Shown here in pieces: positions 18,627-27,603 of a DNA stretch of 60,315 nt (the stretch's first letter is position 1; each line of letters begins with the position of its first letter). Where the stretch lies: assembly GCA_964419525.1 (NCBI GenBank), contig CAYQPG010000001.1, positions 1-60,315 on the forward strand, given 5' to 3'. Made by a program: the position numbers and the translations under genes. The notes beneath the pieces were generated by a model, which saw only the letters and a program-made list of their open reading frames with translations, was not told where the DNA came from and did not search any database. The DNA is from an uncultured Candidatus Saccharibacteria bacterium (GTDB lineage Bacteria > Patescibacteriota > Minisyncoccia > UBA6257 > GWB1-50-10).

Positions 18627-19517
18627 ATGATAAAAAAACTTCTGAAAAAAATGGGCAATGCTTCAAGACAACACAATGGCAAGCTGGCGGTGTTGGTCGT
18701 TCTGATGGCGGCTTTGTATCTGCCCCAAATAACTCACGCCAGTTTGGATTTAAAACTTTACAATTCACCGCCATGCCTTCTGACGGACCAGTACGGCAAC
18801 TGCCCCGACCAAACGACTTTGAGCGGGTACATTCAAACGCTTTACAGGTTTGGATTGGGGATTGGCGGAATATTGGCCGTCGGGATGATAATTTTCGGAG
18901 CCATAAACATATCAATCTCGGGCAGCGTCGACAAAGAGAAAGAAGGAAAAAGCTACATAACATCCGCTCTCCTGGGTTTATTGCTGCTTTTCGGAGCTTA
19001 CGTGCTCCTAAGGGAGATAAATCCGAATCTGGTGCAATTATCTCCGCCCTCAGCGCCCCAAATTTCGTTTCCCACATCGACGATGACCAATGCCATGTGG
19101 ACCGACAATAACCAGAAACTGGCCGAATTGGAGAATGCCGGCGTCGAAGTGTCGAGCAGCGGCAACTGCTTCGACATAAGCAATCCGACGTGTACCAGTC
19201 TGGCCGGCATGCCCGACCCGGCGATCCAGTTCATAATAAATTTGGAAAAAAACTCTGGGTGTCCGGCCAACTCTCCGCAGGGGATAGTGGTGACCGGCGG
19301 AACGGAGGTTGGCCACCAAACCCACGGTTACGGACTGCCGGTCTTCGACTTAAGGGATAGTTCCTGTTTGGTGAGCTACATACAAAACAACCTCAGCAAC
19401 CTTAAAAGCTCAGTGGAAAGGATTTGTTCAATAGCCGCCAACAGTCAGATAACCTTCGGATGCGGCAATTACGTCGAACAAGAAGACCACATACATATAG
19501 CGCTCAAGACGCAGTAA
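18627..19517 (+). CDS. VirB2/TrbC-like pilin module fused to a Cys-rich C-terminal domain (possible LAS/M15-type metallopeptidase)
   Basis: Signal sequence plus two TM helices flanking a short charged loop (GLGIGGILAVGMIIFGAINISISGSVDKEKEGKSYITSALLGLLLLFGAYVLLREINPNLV). The C-domain carries H233-x7-D241 (19323-19349) and H288-x-H290 (19488-19496). Confidence 0.5.
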   Translation: MIKKLLKKMGNASRQHNGKLAVLVVLMAALYLPQITHASLDLKLYNSPPCLLTDQYGNCPDQTTLSGYIQTLYRFGLGIGGILAVGMIIFGAINISISGSVDKEKEGKSYITSALLGLLLLFGAYVLLREINPNLVQLSPPSAPQISFPTSTMTNAMWTDNNQKLAELENAGVEVSSSGNCFDISNPTCTSLAGMPDPAIQFIINLEKNSGCPANSPQGIVVTGGTEVGHQTHGYGLPVFDLRDSSCLVSYIQNNLSNLKSSVERICSIAANSQITFGCGNYVEQEDHIHIALKTQ

Positions 19518-19519
19518 CA

Positions 19520-20701
19520 ATGGGACAAAAATATAAAATATTAATATATTTGGGCGTCGTTATTCTGGTAGGACTCATATTGTACGTTATTTGGACCGCC
19601 TTCGTCCCTAAACCGACCGTACCGGTCACGCCGACGCCCGCGCCGTCCTCGGGATCATTGCCAGTAACCAACGGCACTTCTTCCGTAACCACCGGAACAG
19701 CGAGTCAAGCCGCGTCATCGACCATAACCGTGCCTATCCTATCTAAAATATCGAGCCATGACGTCTTTACTTACTGGGTGGATCCCCAAACCGGCGACGT
19801 AAGATACATGGATAATACCGGCGAAGTCTGGCTCGTGAACCAAGGAGGTAAGGAAACGCTCGACTCCGGCCAGACACTGACCGCCTTGAATTCCGCCGAC
19901 GTATACCAGAACAAACAGGAGGTATTGGTTTCCTTCGGCGACCCGGCGGCGCCGCAGTGGGCCATCTACGATGTTCTGGACCAAACGTGGCATTCCCTGC
20001 CGCAGAACATAGTGAACGTGACGTGGGGCGCCGATCCCAACCAATTGATAGGCCTGGTCAAAAACGTGAACTCGTATTCGCTGTCCTACGTCGATCTGAC
20101 CAAGACGCCGGCGACAGAGAAGACAATATTGAACAATTTCTACATGAATGGCGTTAACTTCAAATTCTTGGCGCCGTCGACGCTCATCATAACCGAAAAA
20201 CCGTCGTCTTATTACAGCGCCAGCGCCTGGGAATTAAATTTGAAAAACTTGGCCATGAACATGGTATTCCAGCCGACAGCCGGACTTTACGCCAGAACAT
20301 CGTCGGATGGCTCGCTTATATTTTCTTACAGCGGCAACAACATCACCATCCTCAATTCAAAGACGCTCGCGCCGTACAACCTTCCGTTCCAATCGTTGCC
20401 CGGCAAGTGCGATTCATCGGCCAACGCATCTTCTTCCAGTATCTACTGTTTCTCGCCCGAGAACGTAACGCCTTCCGTCGTCATGCCCGACGATTACCTG
20501 GAAAAAGCATTTTACTCGATAGATATACTGTATAACTACAGCTTCAACACCCAAAACACCAAGACGGTCATAATAAGCGGAACGCCCGGCATACCCATGA
20601 TAGACGCCGAAAACGTAAGCTCTTACGGCGGGAGTGTTTATTTCGTGAACAGATATGACAACTCGCTTTACAAACTCACCCTTCCTTCGGTAAATAATTA
20701 A
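19520..20701 (+). CDS. Membrane-anchored hypothetical protein with a beta-rich ectodomain
   Basis: ATG 19520 lies 3 nt after the preceding stop; the ORF-track start at 19424 overlaps the previous gene. TM helix ILIYLGVVILVGLILYVIWTAF, a Pro/Thr/Ser linker, and a ~330-aa domain. Confidence 0.55.
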   Translation: MGQKYKILIYLGVVILVGLILYVIWTAFVPKPTVPVTPTPAPSSGSLPVTNGTSSVTTGTASQAASSTITVPILSKISSHDVFTYWVDPQTGDVRYMDNTGEVWLVNQGGKETLDSGQTLTALNSADVYQNKQEVLVSFGDPAAPQWAIYDVLDQTWHSLPQNIVNVTWGADPNQLIGLVKNVNSYSLSYVDLTKTPATEKTILNNFYMNGVNFKFLAPSTLIITEKPSSYYSASAWELNLKNLAMNMVFQPTAGLYARTSSDGSLIFSYSGNNITILNSKTLAPYNLPFQSLPGKCDSSANASSSSIYCFSPENVTPSVVMPDDYLEKAFYSIDILYNYSFNTQNTKTVIISGTPGIPMIDAENVSSYGGSVYFVNRYDNSLYKLTLPSVNN

Positions 20702-21126
20702 GACTCTATGAGAGATATCACTATGTGTCTGTCCTTGCCGGCTCCGACGCTTTCCGTCTTGAGGTCCGGATTGGAGGCTATTTCCATGTGCACCAATCTT
20801 CTTTCATAGGAGTTCATCGGCGGCAAAGAAACTTCCGATTTGGAGATCTTTGCTTTCTTAGCGCCGGCTTTGGCCAATTCCACTATCAATCTCTCCCTTT
20901 CACGGCGATAATAATTCACGTCCACCACAAAGGGCGGCTTTTCAGCCTGCTTCAGTGCTAAATTCATCAGATGCTCAACGGGTTGCAGAATGCTTGGTAT
21001 TTGAGATCGAAAAAACTCGTCGTCGACGACGATTGATATTTTTCTTACGTTTTCATCGACGCTCACCTCCACCCTTTCGAAACCCATTAAATTGAAGAAT
21101 TTTTTTGCGTATTCTGGAATATCCAT
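20698..21126 (-). CDS. jag: Jag/KhpB-like KH-R3H RNA-binding protein
   Basis: R3H motif region SYERRLVHMEIASNPDLKTESVGAGKDRHIVI. Lies downstream of yidC, as is usual. Confidence 0.8.
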   Translation of the reverse strand: MDIPEYAKKFFNLMGFERVEVSVDENVRKISIVVDDEFFRSQIPSILQPVEHLMNLALKQAEKPPFVVDVNYYRRERERLIVELAKAGAKKAKISKSEVSLPPMNSYERRLVHMEIASNPDLKTESVGAGKDRHIVISLIES

Positions 21127-21138
21127 CTCTTTTGGTTT

Positions 21139-21819
21139 CTAATTATCGCTCTTCTCAAGCTTTTTTTCAATAGCCGGCAATTTCTTGTTGATGTAAATTT
21201 GCTGCGCGAACGAGAAAGCCGTGAAGACCAACCAATAGAGACCGATGGCCGACGGTAAATTGCCCAATATCAGCACGGTTATCAACGGGCCGATGAATGT
21301 CATTGTTCTCTGCATCTGGCCGGCGGCGCCGGATATCTTTTGATTACCCATCATCGATTTCGTTTGGAAATATTGAAGAATGGCGGCGATGATGACCACT
21401 ATCCAATTTTTGGCGGCTAAATCAAATAATCCAAGGAATGTCGTGGAGGCGAAATTAAAGTTTTTTATCTGACTGGTAAAAAGATTGAAAAGAGCTATAA
21501 AAATCGGCAATTGTATTATAAGGAGCAGTATGCTGGAAAAGGGATTTATTTTATGTTCCTTATAAAGTTCCATCAGGGCCTCGGCTTGCTTGCCTTTGTC
21601 ATTCTTGTGTTTTTCTTGAATATCCTTTATGTGCGGCTGCAATCGCTGCATTATCGTCTGATCCTTGGCTCCTTTGTAGAAGAACGGCAACAATACGATT
21701 CTCACGAGCACCGTGAGTATTATGACCGCGACGCCAAGGTCGTGAAAAGCCATAGTGTTGTAGATAAAAACCAAAACGCTCAAAAGCGGCAATGAAATGT
21801 ACGTATTTATGAAGCTCAT
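21139..21819 (-). CDS. yidC: Membrane protein insertase YidC (short form)
   Basis: Multi-TM protein with VLVRIVLLPF, the charged loop MQRLQPHIKDIQEKHKNDKGKQ, and the rnpA-yidC-jag context. Confidence 0.85.
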   Translation of the reverse strand: MSFINTYISLPLLSVLVFIYNTMAFHDLGVAVIILTVLVRIVLLPFFYKGAKDQTIMQRLQPHIKDIQEKHKNDKGKQAEALMELYKEHKINPFSSILLLIIQLPIFIALFNLFTSQIKNFNFASTTFLGLFDLAAKNWIVVIIAAILQYFQTKSMMGNQKISGAAGQMQRTMTFIGPLITVLILGNLPSAIGLYWLVFTAFSFAQQIYINKKLPAIEKKLEKSDN

Positions 21820-22064
21820 AGTTTTTTTATTCCTTCTATTTCCGACTTTATCTCCTCTTTTAACTCCTTAAAGCTTAAATCAAGCACGCCTCGCTTAGCA
21901 ATAACAAAAAAAGAGGCGCTGCCGCGCGAGAACGGTTCGAGCGCCGATTTTATCCTTCTCTTTATTAAATTCCTGTCGACGGCCCTTTCAGCGACTTTCT
22001 TGCTGACCACTATAACAGATTTCTTTCCACCCGAGGCTTGGTTCTTTTTAATGGAAATGTTCAC
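21816..22064 (-). CDS. rnpA: RNase P protein component (short, GTG start)
   Basis: KKVAERAVDRNLIKRRIKSALEP motif. Immediately downstream of rpmH. The codon at 22064-22062 is GTG. Confidence 0.7.
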   Translation of the reverse strand: MNISIKKNQASGGKKSVIVVSKKVAERAVDRNLIKRRIKSALEPFSRGSASFFVIAKRGVLDLSFKELKEEIKSEIEGIKKL

Positions 22065-22065
22065 A

Positions 22066-22194
22066 TTAAGCCGACAGTTTTTTCCTACCCTTTCTTCTCC
22101 TGCTTTTAAGGATGTTGGAGTTTTTTCTGGCTCTTTTCAGGAAGCCATGGACCCTGCCCCTTTTCCTCTTTTTTGGTTGGTATGTTTGCGACAT
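22066..22194 (-). CDS. rpmH: 50S ribosomal protein L34
   Basis: My own translation of the reverse strand gives [42 protein letters not shown] followed by a stop. It is too short for the ORF track. Confidence 0.85.
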   Translation of the reverse strand: MSQTYQPKKRKRGRVHGFLKRARKNSNILKSRRRKGRKKLSA

Positions 22195-22354
22195 TTGAAT
22201 GATTATATTATAAAAATAACATTATTTAAAGCGCCTCACCGAAGATATCAACAACTAATCCACAATTAAAGCACAGAAGGTACCCAAACGCAATGTTGCA
22301 AGTTTCCAAAATACATCTATCATAAGCCTTAAGGTCTGTTTTTATTTAAATTTT

Positions 22355-23719
22355 ATGGATGAAAAGGAGATTTGGAAAAATGTGTTGGGCGACATAGAAC
22401 TTCAGATATCGAAACCAAACTTTTTGACGTGGCTGAAGAACAGCCAACTCGTGAGTCTTGATAAAAAGGAGGGTGTTGGATTGGTCGGACTGCCCAACAA
22501 CTTCGCCAAGGAGTGGGTTAAGAGCCGATACCACAAAATAATACTTACATCCATAAGGAATCTGGATGGATCGATAAAAAATTTGGATTACGTCGTCGTT
22601 AATCAAAATAAAAACAACGCGATCGGCGTCAACATTAAGAAGCTTGACAACGATAATCCGCAATCATCACTGCTGGACGTCAAAATCGATCCCAAGACCA
22701 ACCTCAATCCTAAGTACACGTTCAAAAATTTCATAGTCGGCTCGTCCAATGAATTAGCCACGGCCGCTTCACAAGCCATAATAAAAAATATCGGCAAAAA
22801 ATATAATCCGCTTTTCATATACGGCGGCGTCGGTCTCGGTAAAACCCATCTTCTTCAGGCTACTGGCAACGAAATAATCGAGCACTACAAGAATTCGGTC
22901 AAAGTTCTTTACATCTCTTCCGAAAAATTTATAAATGACGTGGTATGGGCCGTCAGAAACAAGAGAACGGACGACATGAAGAAAAAATACAGGGATGTCG
23001 ACGTGCTCATAATAGACGACATTCAATTCATCGGCGGCAAAGCGGCCACTGAACAGGAATTCTTTTACACGTTCAATACGTTATATGAAAACAATAAGCA
23101 GATTATCATATCCTCCGACAGGCCGCCAACGGCCATACCGACGCTCGAAGAAAGATTAAGATCAAGATTCGAAGGCGGAATGATAGCCGACATAACGTAT
23201 CCGGACTATGAAATGAGGCTTGCCATATTAAAAACCAGGGTCCAAAGCCAGTCAATATTCATAGATGACGGCATATTGGACCAAATAGCGTCCAAGGTGC
23301 AAAGAAACATAAGGGAGCTGGAGGGCGTGTTCAATAAGGTCGTCTTCTACGAGCAGTACAAAAATCAAAAAATAGACAGCAAGAAACTGGACGAAATAAT
23401 AAGCGAGGCTATACAAATAACGCCCAAAAACATAACAGCCGGAGATATAATAAGGATCGTTGCCGAGTTTTTTGAAATACCAATGACCGAAATGACCAAT
23501 AAGAGCAGGAAGCAGGAGATAGTGGAGCCGAGACAAATAGCGATGTTTTTAATGAGGGATATATTAAAACTGTCATATCCACATATAGGCGAAAAATTAG
23601 GCAAAAGAGATCACACGACCGCGATCCACGCTTGTGAAAAAATATCATCGGAAATGGCGCAAAATCCGGCCTTAAACCAAAAAATATTATTGATAAAAGA
23701 GAGGATGTATAAGATGTAG
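22355..23719 (+). CDS. dnaA: Chromosomal replication initiator DnaA
   Basis: Walker A GGVGLGKTHLL, LIIDDIQF, and the C-terminal HTH region RDHTTAIHACEKI. Confidence 0.95.
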   Translation: MDEKEIWKNVLGDIELQISKPNFLTWLKNSQLVSLDKKEGVGLVGLPNNFAKEWVKSRYHKIILTSIRNLDGSIKNLDYVVVNQNKNNAIGVNIKKLDNDNPQSSLLDVKIDPKTNLNPKYTFKNFIVGSSNELATAASQAIIKNIGKKYNPLFIYGGVGLGKTHLLQATGNEIIEHYKNSVKVLYISSEKFINDVVWAVRNKRTDDMKKKYRDVDVLIIDDIQFIGGKAATEQEFFYTFNTLYENNKQIIISSDRPPTAIPTLEERLRSRFEGGMIADITYPDYEMRLAILKTRVQSQSIFIDDGILDQIASKVQRNIRELEGVFNKVVFYEQYKNQKIDSKKLDEIISEAIQITPKNITAGDIIRIVAEFFEIPMTEMTNKSRKQEIVEPRQIAMFLMRDILKLSYPHIGEKLGKRDHTTAIHACEKISSEMAQNPALNQKILLIKERMYKM

Positions 23720-23903
23720 AAAAGATCGGTCCGATTGTGGATATCTGAGGATAAAAAACACAATTAAGAGCAAACATCAAAAAACAATTCACACCTAAGA
23801 AATTATTATCCTCAAGTTATCAGAATACGGACACGTCAAAAAACCAATCAAAAACGACTTCAATAACTTTATACACATACACACAACATCTACTACGACT
23901 ACT
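23720..23903. other. Candidate oriC (dnaA-dnaN spacer with DnaA-box-like 9-mers)
   Basis: Four 9-mers match TTATCCACA/TGTGGATAA at 8 of 9 positions: TGTGGATAT 23736-23744, TGAGGATAA 23746-23754, TTATCCTCA 23806-23814 and TTATACACA 23869-23877. One more, TAATCCACA, lies upstream of dnaA at 22256-22264. The spacer is A/T-rich. Confidence 0.5.
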
Positions 23904-25010
23904 ATGAAATTAATTATATTAAGAACAAATCTAATAGAAGCATTAAATACTGTGGAAAGGGCTATTGGTGAAAATATGAACCTGCCCATACTCAGAAATT
24001 TTTTAATTAAGGCTTCCGACGGAAAAATAATTTTCATTTCCACTAATCTTGAGATAGCCGTGCAACGCGAGACATCCGGTAAGGTAATCGACGAGGGGGA
24101 AGTAGTCGTTCCTTTTTTAATATTCAATTCCGTCATCAGAAACCTGAACTCCGAAAGGATAACTATAGAAAAAGATGGGAATAAAATACTCGTCAGTTCC
24201 GATAATTATGAGGGATTCATACAAGATCAGGATCCTAAAGAATTTCCGATAATACCCCAAATAACCAACCTTAATAAAGGCATAAAAATAAAGACCGACG
24301 TTTTGAAGGACGCGCTCAAAAACACCTCAGTTTCGGTCCAATATTCAACCATAAGACCGGAGATAAGTGGTGTTTACATGAATCAATCGGATGATGTGCT
24401 TTTATTCGTGGGAACCGACAGTTTTAGACTGTCCGAGATTAAAATATCCAATGGTCGCTTCTCGTCCGATCTCGATGATTTTTCTTTGATAATTCCCATA
24501 AAGACAGTCCAGGAAATTGTCAGAATGTTCGGCGGTTCCGAGGATGTATCAATGTTTATAGATCCAAATCAAATACTCATTGAAGGAGATAAAGAAAGAA
24601 TAATTTCAAGGATAATAGACGGTACATTTCCGGATTATAAAGCTGTCATACCAAAATCTTTTAAAACCGAAGTTGTTTTGAATAAAGAGGAATTTCTGAA
24701 CGCCCTTAAATTGGTCAGTGCTTTTTCTGGAAGAGCCAACGACGTCAACTTGAAGTCCGGCGAGAGTGGTAAATTTTTGGAAATTTTTTCTTCCGATAAT
24801 GCGACCGGCGAAGGTAAATATAAAATACCAGCCAAGATAAAAGGGGATGATTTTTCGGTGATTTTTAATTGGAGATATCTAATCGACGGGCTCAAGGTAT
24901 ACGGGAGCGACGAAGTAATTTTAAGCGTGAATTCTTCGGATAAGCCGGCCCAAATAAGGAGTCAGAGCGATCAAGGCGTCAATTATATAGTGATGCCGAT
25001 AAGGGGTTAG
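23904..25010 (+). CDS. dnaN: DNA polymerase III beta sliding clamp
   Basis: 368 aa, follows dnaA directly, with a typical three-domain clamp pattern (MKLIILRTNLIEAL...PAQI...YIVMPIR). Confidence 0.9.
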   Translation: MKLIILRTNLIEALNTVERAIGENMNLPILRNFLIKASDGKIIFISTNLEIAVQRETSGKVIDEGEVVVPFLIFNSVIRNLNSERITIEKDGNKILVSSDNYEGFIQDQDPKEFPIIPQITNLNKGIKIKTDVLKDALKNTSVSVQYSTIRPEISGVYMNQSDDVLLFVGTDSFRLSEIKISNGRFSSDLDDFSLIIPIKTVQEIVRMFGGSEDVSMFIDPNQILIEGDKERIISRIIDGTFPDYKAVIPKSFKTEVVLNKEEFLNALKLVSAFSGRANDVNLKSGESGKFLEIFSSDNATGEGKYKIPAKIKGDDFSVIFNWRYLIDGLKVYGSDEVILSVNSSDKPAQIRSQSDQGVNYIVMPIRG

Positions 25011-27565
25011 TGGTAAATGATGATGTCGGCCGAGGTTTGTCCTCCGGAAGAATCAGTGGCCACCAACGTGAGTGTGTTCTGTGATTTAAGATCTTGAACG
25101 TATATGTTGAACGTGTAGTGATATGAATTTCCGCTGATGTTTATTATGTTTATGTTGTTGCCGTTAAGATAAGCACTGACGCCGGTCAGTTGTTTTTGAG
25201 AAACAATGTCCGCCGAGATGTTTATTTGATTATTAACAAAACTCCCGTTGGCCGGAGTCAGGTTGTCTATGGATATGCCGCTCGAATTGGTTGTTTGACT
25301 TGGCGTCACCCCTATCGGCAAATTTTTATTGTAAGACGAGAAATCCGGCACGTTTTGTGACGCCCAATTGGTCACGCCGGTCTCCCAATCCAGGAATTGC
25401 GGGTCGCTGGCCGGATTCGTCGGTATTGGTCCTTGGGGATTGTTTTTGTCCACGTAATAGAGCAAAGAATGGATTTGTTTATAAGAAACGCCCTGGTAAT
25501 TAACCGTGTTTACGTACTGACCATTAAGCATTGGTTTCGATACTGGTGGAAGCGGGTCTGGTTCCGGAAACGATTCAGGTGGGTATGTCGGCAGAACGCT
25601 TTTCAAAAATTCACTCCATATAGGGACGGCGGCCAAGATGCTGCTGCCGAACCTTTGCATCGGTGTGTTGTCGTTGTTGCCCGCCCACACACCGACCGCG
25701 AGCGACGGCGTATAACCCAGAGCCCAAGCGTCCCGATAGTCGTTGGTTGTACCGGTTTTAAGAGCGACGTCATATCCCGGAAATATGGTCGAATTTAAGC
25801 TGGCGCCAAGAAGGAACGATCTGTATTTGGGGTCGGATAATATATAATTGATCCATTTTATGTAGGTTGGCGAATCCACGACTTTGGAATTATCTTGATA
25901 TTTTTCGAGTACGTTGCCGTTGGAGTCGTCCACTTCCAGAATCATTGATTGATCGTGCCTCACGCCGTCTTGTGACAACACGGAGTAGGCCTTGACCAGA
26001 TCCACGAGTTTTATTTCGCCGCCGCCCAAAACCAGTGACAATCCGTATCTTAACGGATCGGTCAACGTCGTTATGCCGAAGTTGTGCAAAACATCAAGGA
26101 CGTTCTGGATGCCCACCAAGTAAAGCACTTTGACGGCCGGGACGTTTATGGATTCGGGCAGGGCTTGTTCGAACGTCACTGGTCCTTGGAATTGATCGAA
26201 GTCCTGGGGATGAAAACAAGTTTGTTTGTAGGTGGCCGAATTGTTGTTAAAATCGGGCACGGCGGGGCAAAGCGGATTGTTGGGTACAAACTCTGTCGGA
26301 ACGTCGAAGACCACCGTATTAGGCGGATAGCCGTCTTCCAGGGCCTTGAGGTAGACGAATGGTTTCAGAGACGATCCTGGTTGTCTTAATCCCTGAAGAG
26401 GCATATCGAAATTACCATCTATGCTCTGATCAAAATAATCTTTTGAGCCCACCAAGGCCAAAATCTGGCCTGTCCTCGGGTCTTCAGCCAGTAAGGCGGC
26501 GTTGGATCCTTTATATAATTTCTCATTCCTGGCCGCACCGTCCTCAACCGCCTTCTCAGCTGCTTGTTGCATGTCCCAATTTAACGTTGTTATAACCTTA
26601 AGTCCGCCGTTCAAAACCATATCCTCCCCGTATTTGTTTATAAGGTAGTCTTTTACAGCCATCACGAAATGAGGGGCTTTTATGGCTCCGAGCGACGGAG
26701 AAGCGAAATCCAGTTTCTCAGATTTCGCCGCGTCGGCTTCGCTTTGGGATATGTAACCAAGTTGGACCATTCTGTCCAACGCGTAGTGCTGTCTAACCAA
26801 AAGCTCGTTTAAATTGTCTCCCCAGGGAGAGTAGTAGGTTGGAGCCTGCGGCAAGCTGGCTAATATGGCCGATTCGGCCAGATCCAGATCTTTGGCTGGC
26901 TTGTTAAAGTACGTCTGGCTTGCCGCTTCAACCCCGTAGGCATTGGACCCGTAGGGTATTTGATTCAAATAATAATCAAGGATTTGGTCTTTTGAATATT
27001 TAGATTCGAGTTCGATGGCCAATATTAACTCCTTTATCTTCCGACTGATTGTCTTTTGCGGAGTCAAAAAAATATTTCTGGCCAGTTGCTGAGTTATGGT
27101 CGATCCGCCCTGAACCGGCTTGCCGGCTCTAATATCGGCCCAAAGAGCCCTCAATATCCCTTCCCAGTCGAATGCCGGACGGGTGTAGAAATTGGCGTCT
27201 TCCAGGGCTATCGTAGCTTCCTTTAAATAAGTTGGTATTTCCGAGAAGGGGATCACCGTCCTTTTTTCCTCACCGTGTATCTCATAAAGCAGCACCTTGC
27301 CTGTTCTGTCGTATATTTTGGTCGATTGGACCGTTTGGTGAAATTGAAACTGATCCGGGCTCGGGAGATTCCTTATTATTATGACTACGTAGACCACGAG
27401 GGCCGCCGCGCAGAGGATAAAGAACGAAAAAGATGCGAGTAGTATGGTTGAAAAAAGCCTTTTCCTGTTTCTGGTCTCGCTTTTTTTTGTCGATGCTCGA
27501 TGAAACATTTGTTTTTCAGACATAATTATCGCAATTTTGGCCGGATTTGCCAAATCAGTGAACAA
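25007..27565 (-). CDS. Class A penicillin-binding protein (glycosyltransferase plus transpeptidase) with a C-terminal Ig-like extension
   Basis: GT51 motifs (EDANFYTRPAFDW, GGSTITQQLARN), transpeptidase motifs (SSLKP, KTGTTND). The true start is probably ATG 27523, because 27560-27586 is a terminator for the upstream gene. Confidence 0.9.
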   Translation of the reverse strand: MFTDLANPAKIAIIMSEKQMFHRASTKKSETRNRKRLFSTILLASFSFFILCAAALVVYVVIIIRNLPSPDQFQFHQTVQSTKIYDRTGKVLLYEIHGEEKRTVIPFSEIPTYLKEATIALEDANFYTRPAFDWEGILRALWADIRAGKPVQGGSTITQQLARNIFLTPQKTISRKIKELILAIELESKYSKDQILDYYLNQIPYGSNAYGVEAASQTYFNKPAKDLDLAESAILASLPQAPTYYSPWGDNLNELLVRQHYALDRMVQLGYISQSEADAAKSEKLDFASPSLGAIKAPHFVMAVKDYLINKYGEDMVLNGGLKVITTLNWDMQQAAEKAVEDGAARNEKLYKGSNAALLAEDPRTGQILALVGSKDYFDQSIDGNFDMPLQGLRQPGSSLKPFVYLKALEDGYPPNTVVFDVPTEFVPNNPLCPAVPDFNNNSATYKQTCFHPQDFDQFQGPVTFEQALPESINVPAVKVLYLVGIQNVLDVLHNFGITTLTDPLRYGLSLVLGGGEIKLVDLVKAYSVLSQDGVRHDQSMILEVDDSNGNVLEKYQDNSKVVDSPTYIKWINYILSDPKYRSFLLGASLNSTIFPGYDVALKTGTTNDYRDAWALGYTPSLAVGVWAGNNDNTPMQRFGSSILAAVPIWSEFLKSVLPTYPPESFPEPDPLPPVSKPMLNGQYVNTVNYQGVSYKQIHSLLYYVDKNNPQGPIPTNPASDPQFLDWETGVTNWASQNVPDFSSYNKNLPIGVTPSQTTNSSGISIDNLTPANGSFVNNQINISADIVSQKQLTGVSAYLNGNNINIINISGNSYHYTFNIYVQDLKSQNTLTLVATDSSGGQTSADIIIYH

Positions 27566-27568
27566 AAA

Positions 27569-27586
27569 CCCCGACGTGTGTCGGGG
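27569..27586 (-). terminator. Rho-independent terminator of the small acidic-protein gene
   Basis: The palindrome ccccgacgtgtgtcgggg is followed on the minus strand by tttttgtt. Confidence 0.55.
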
Positions 27587-27603
27587 TTAGGTTTTCGGCG
27601 TTT

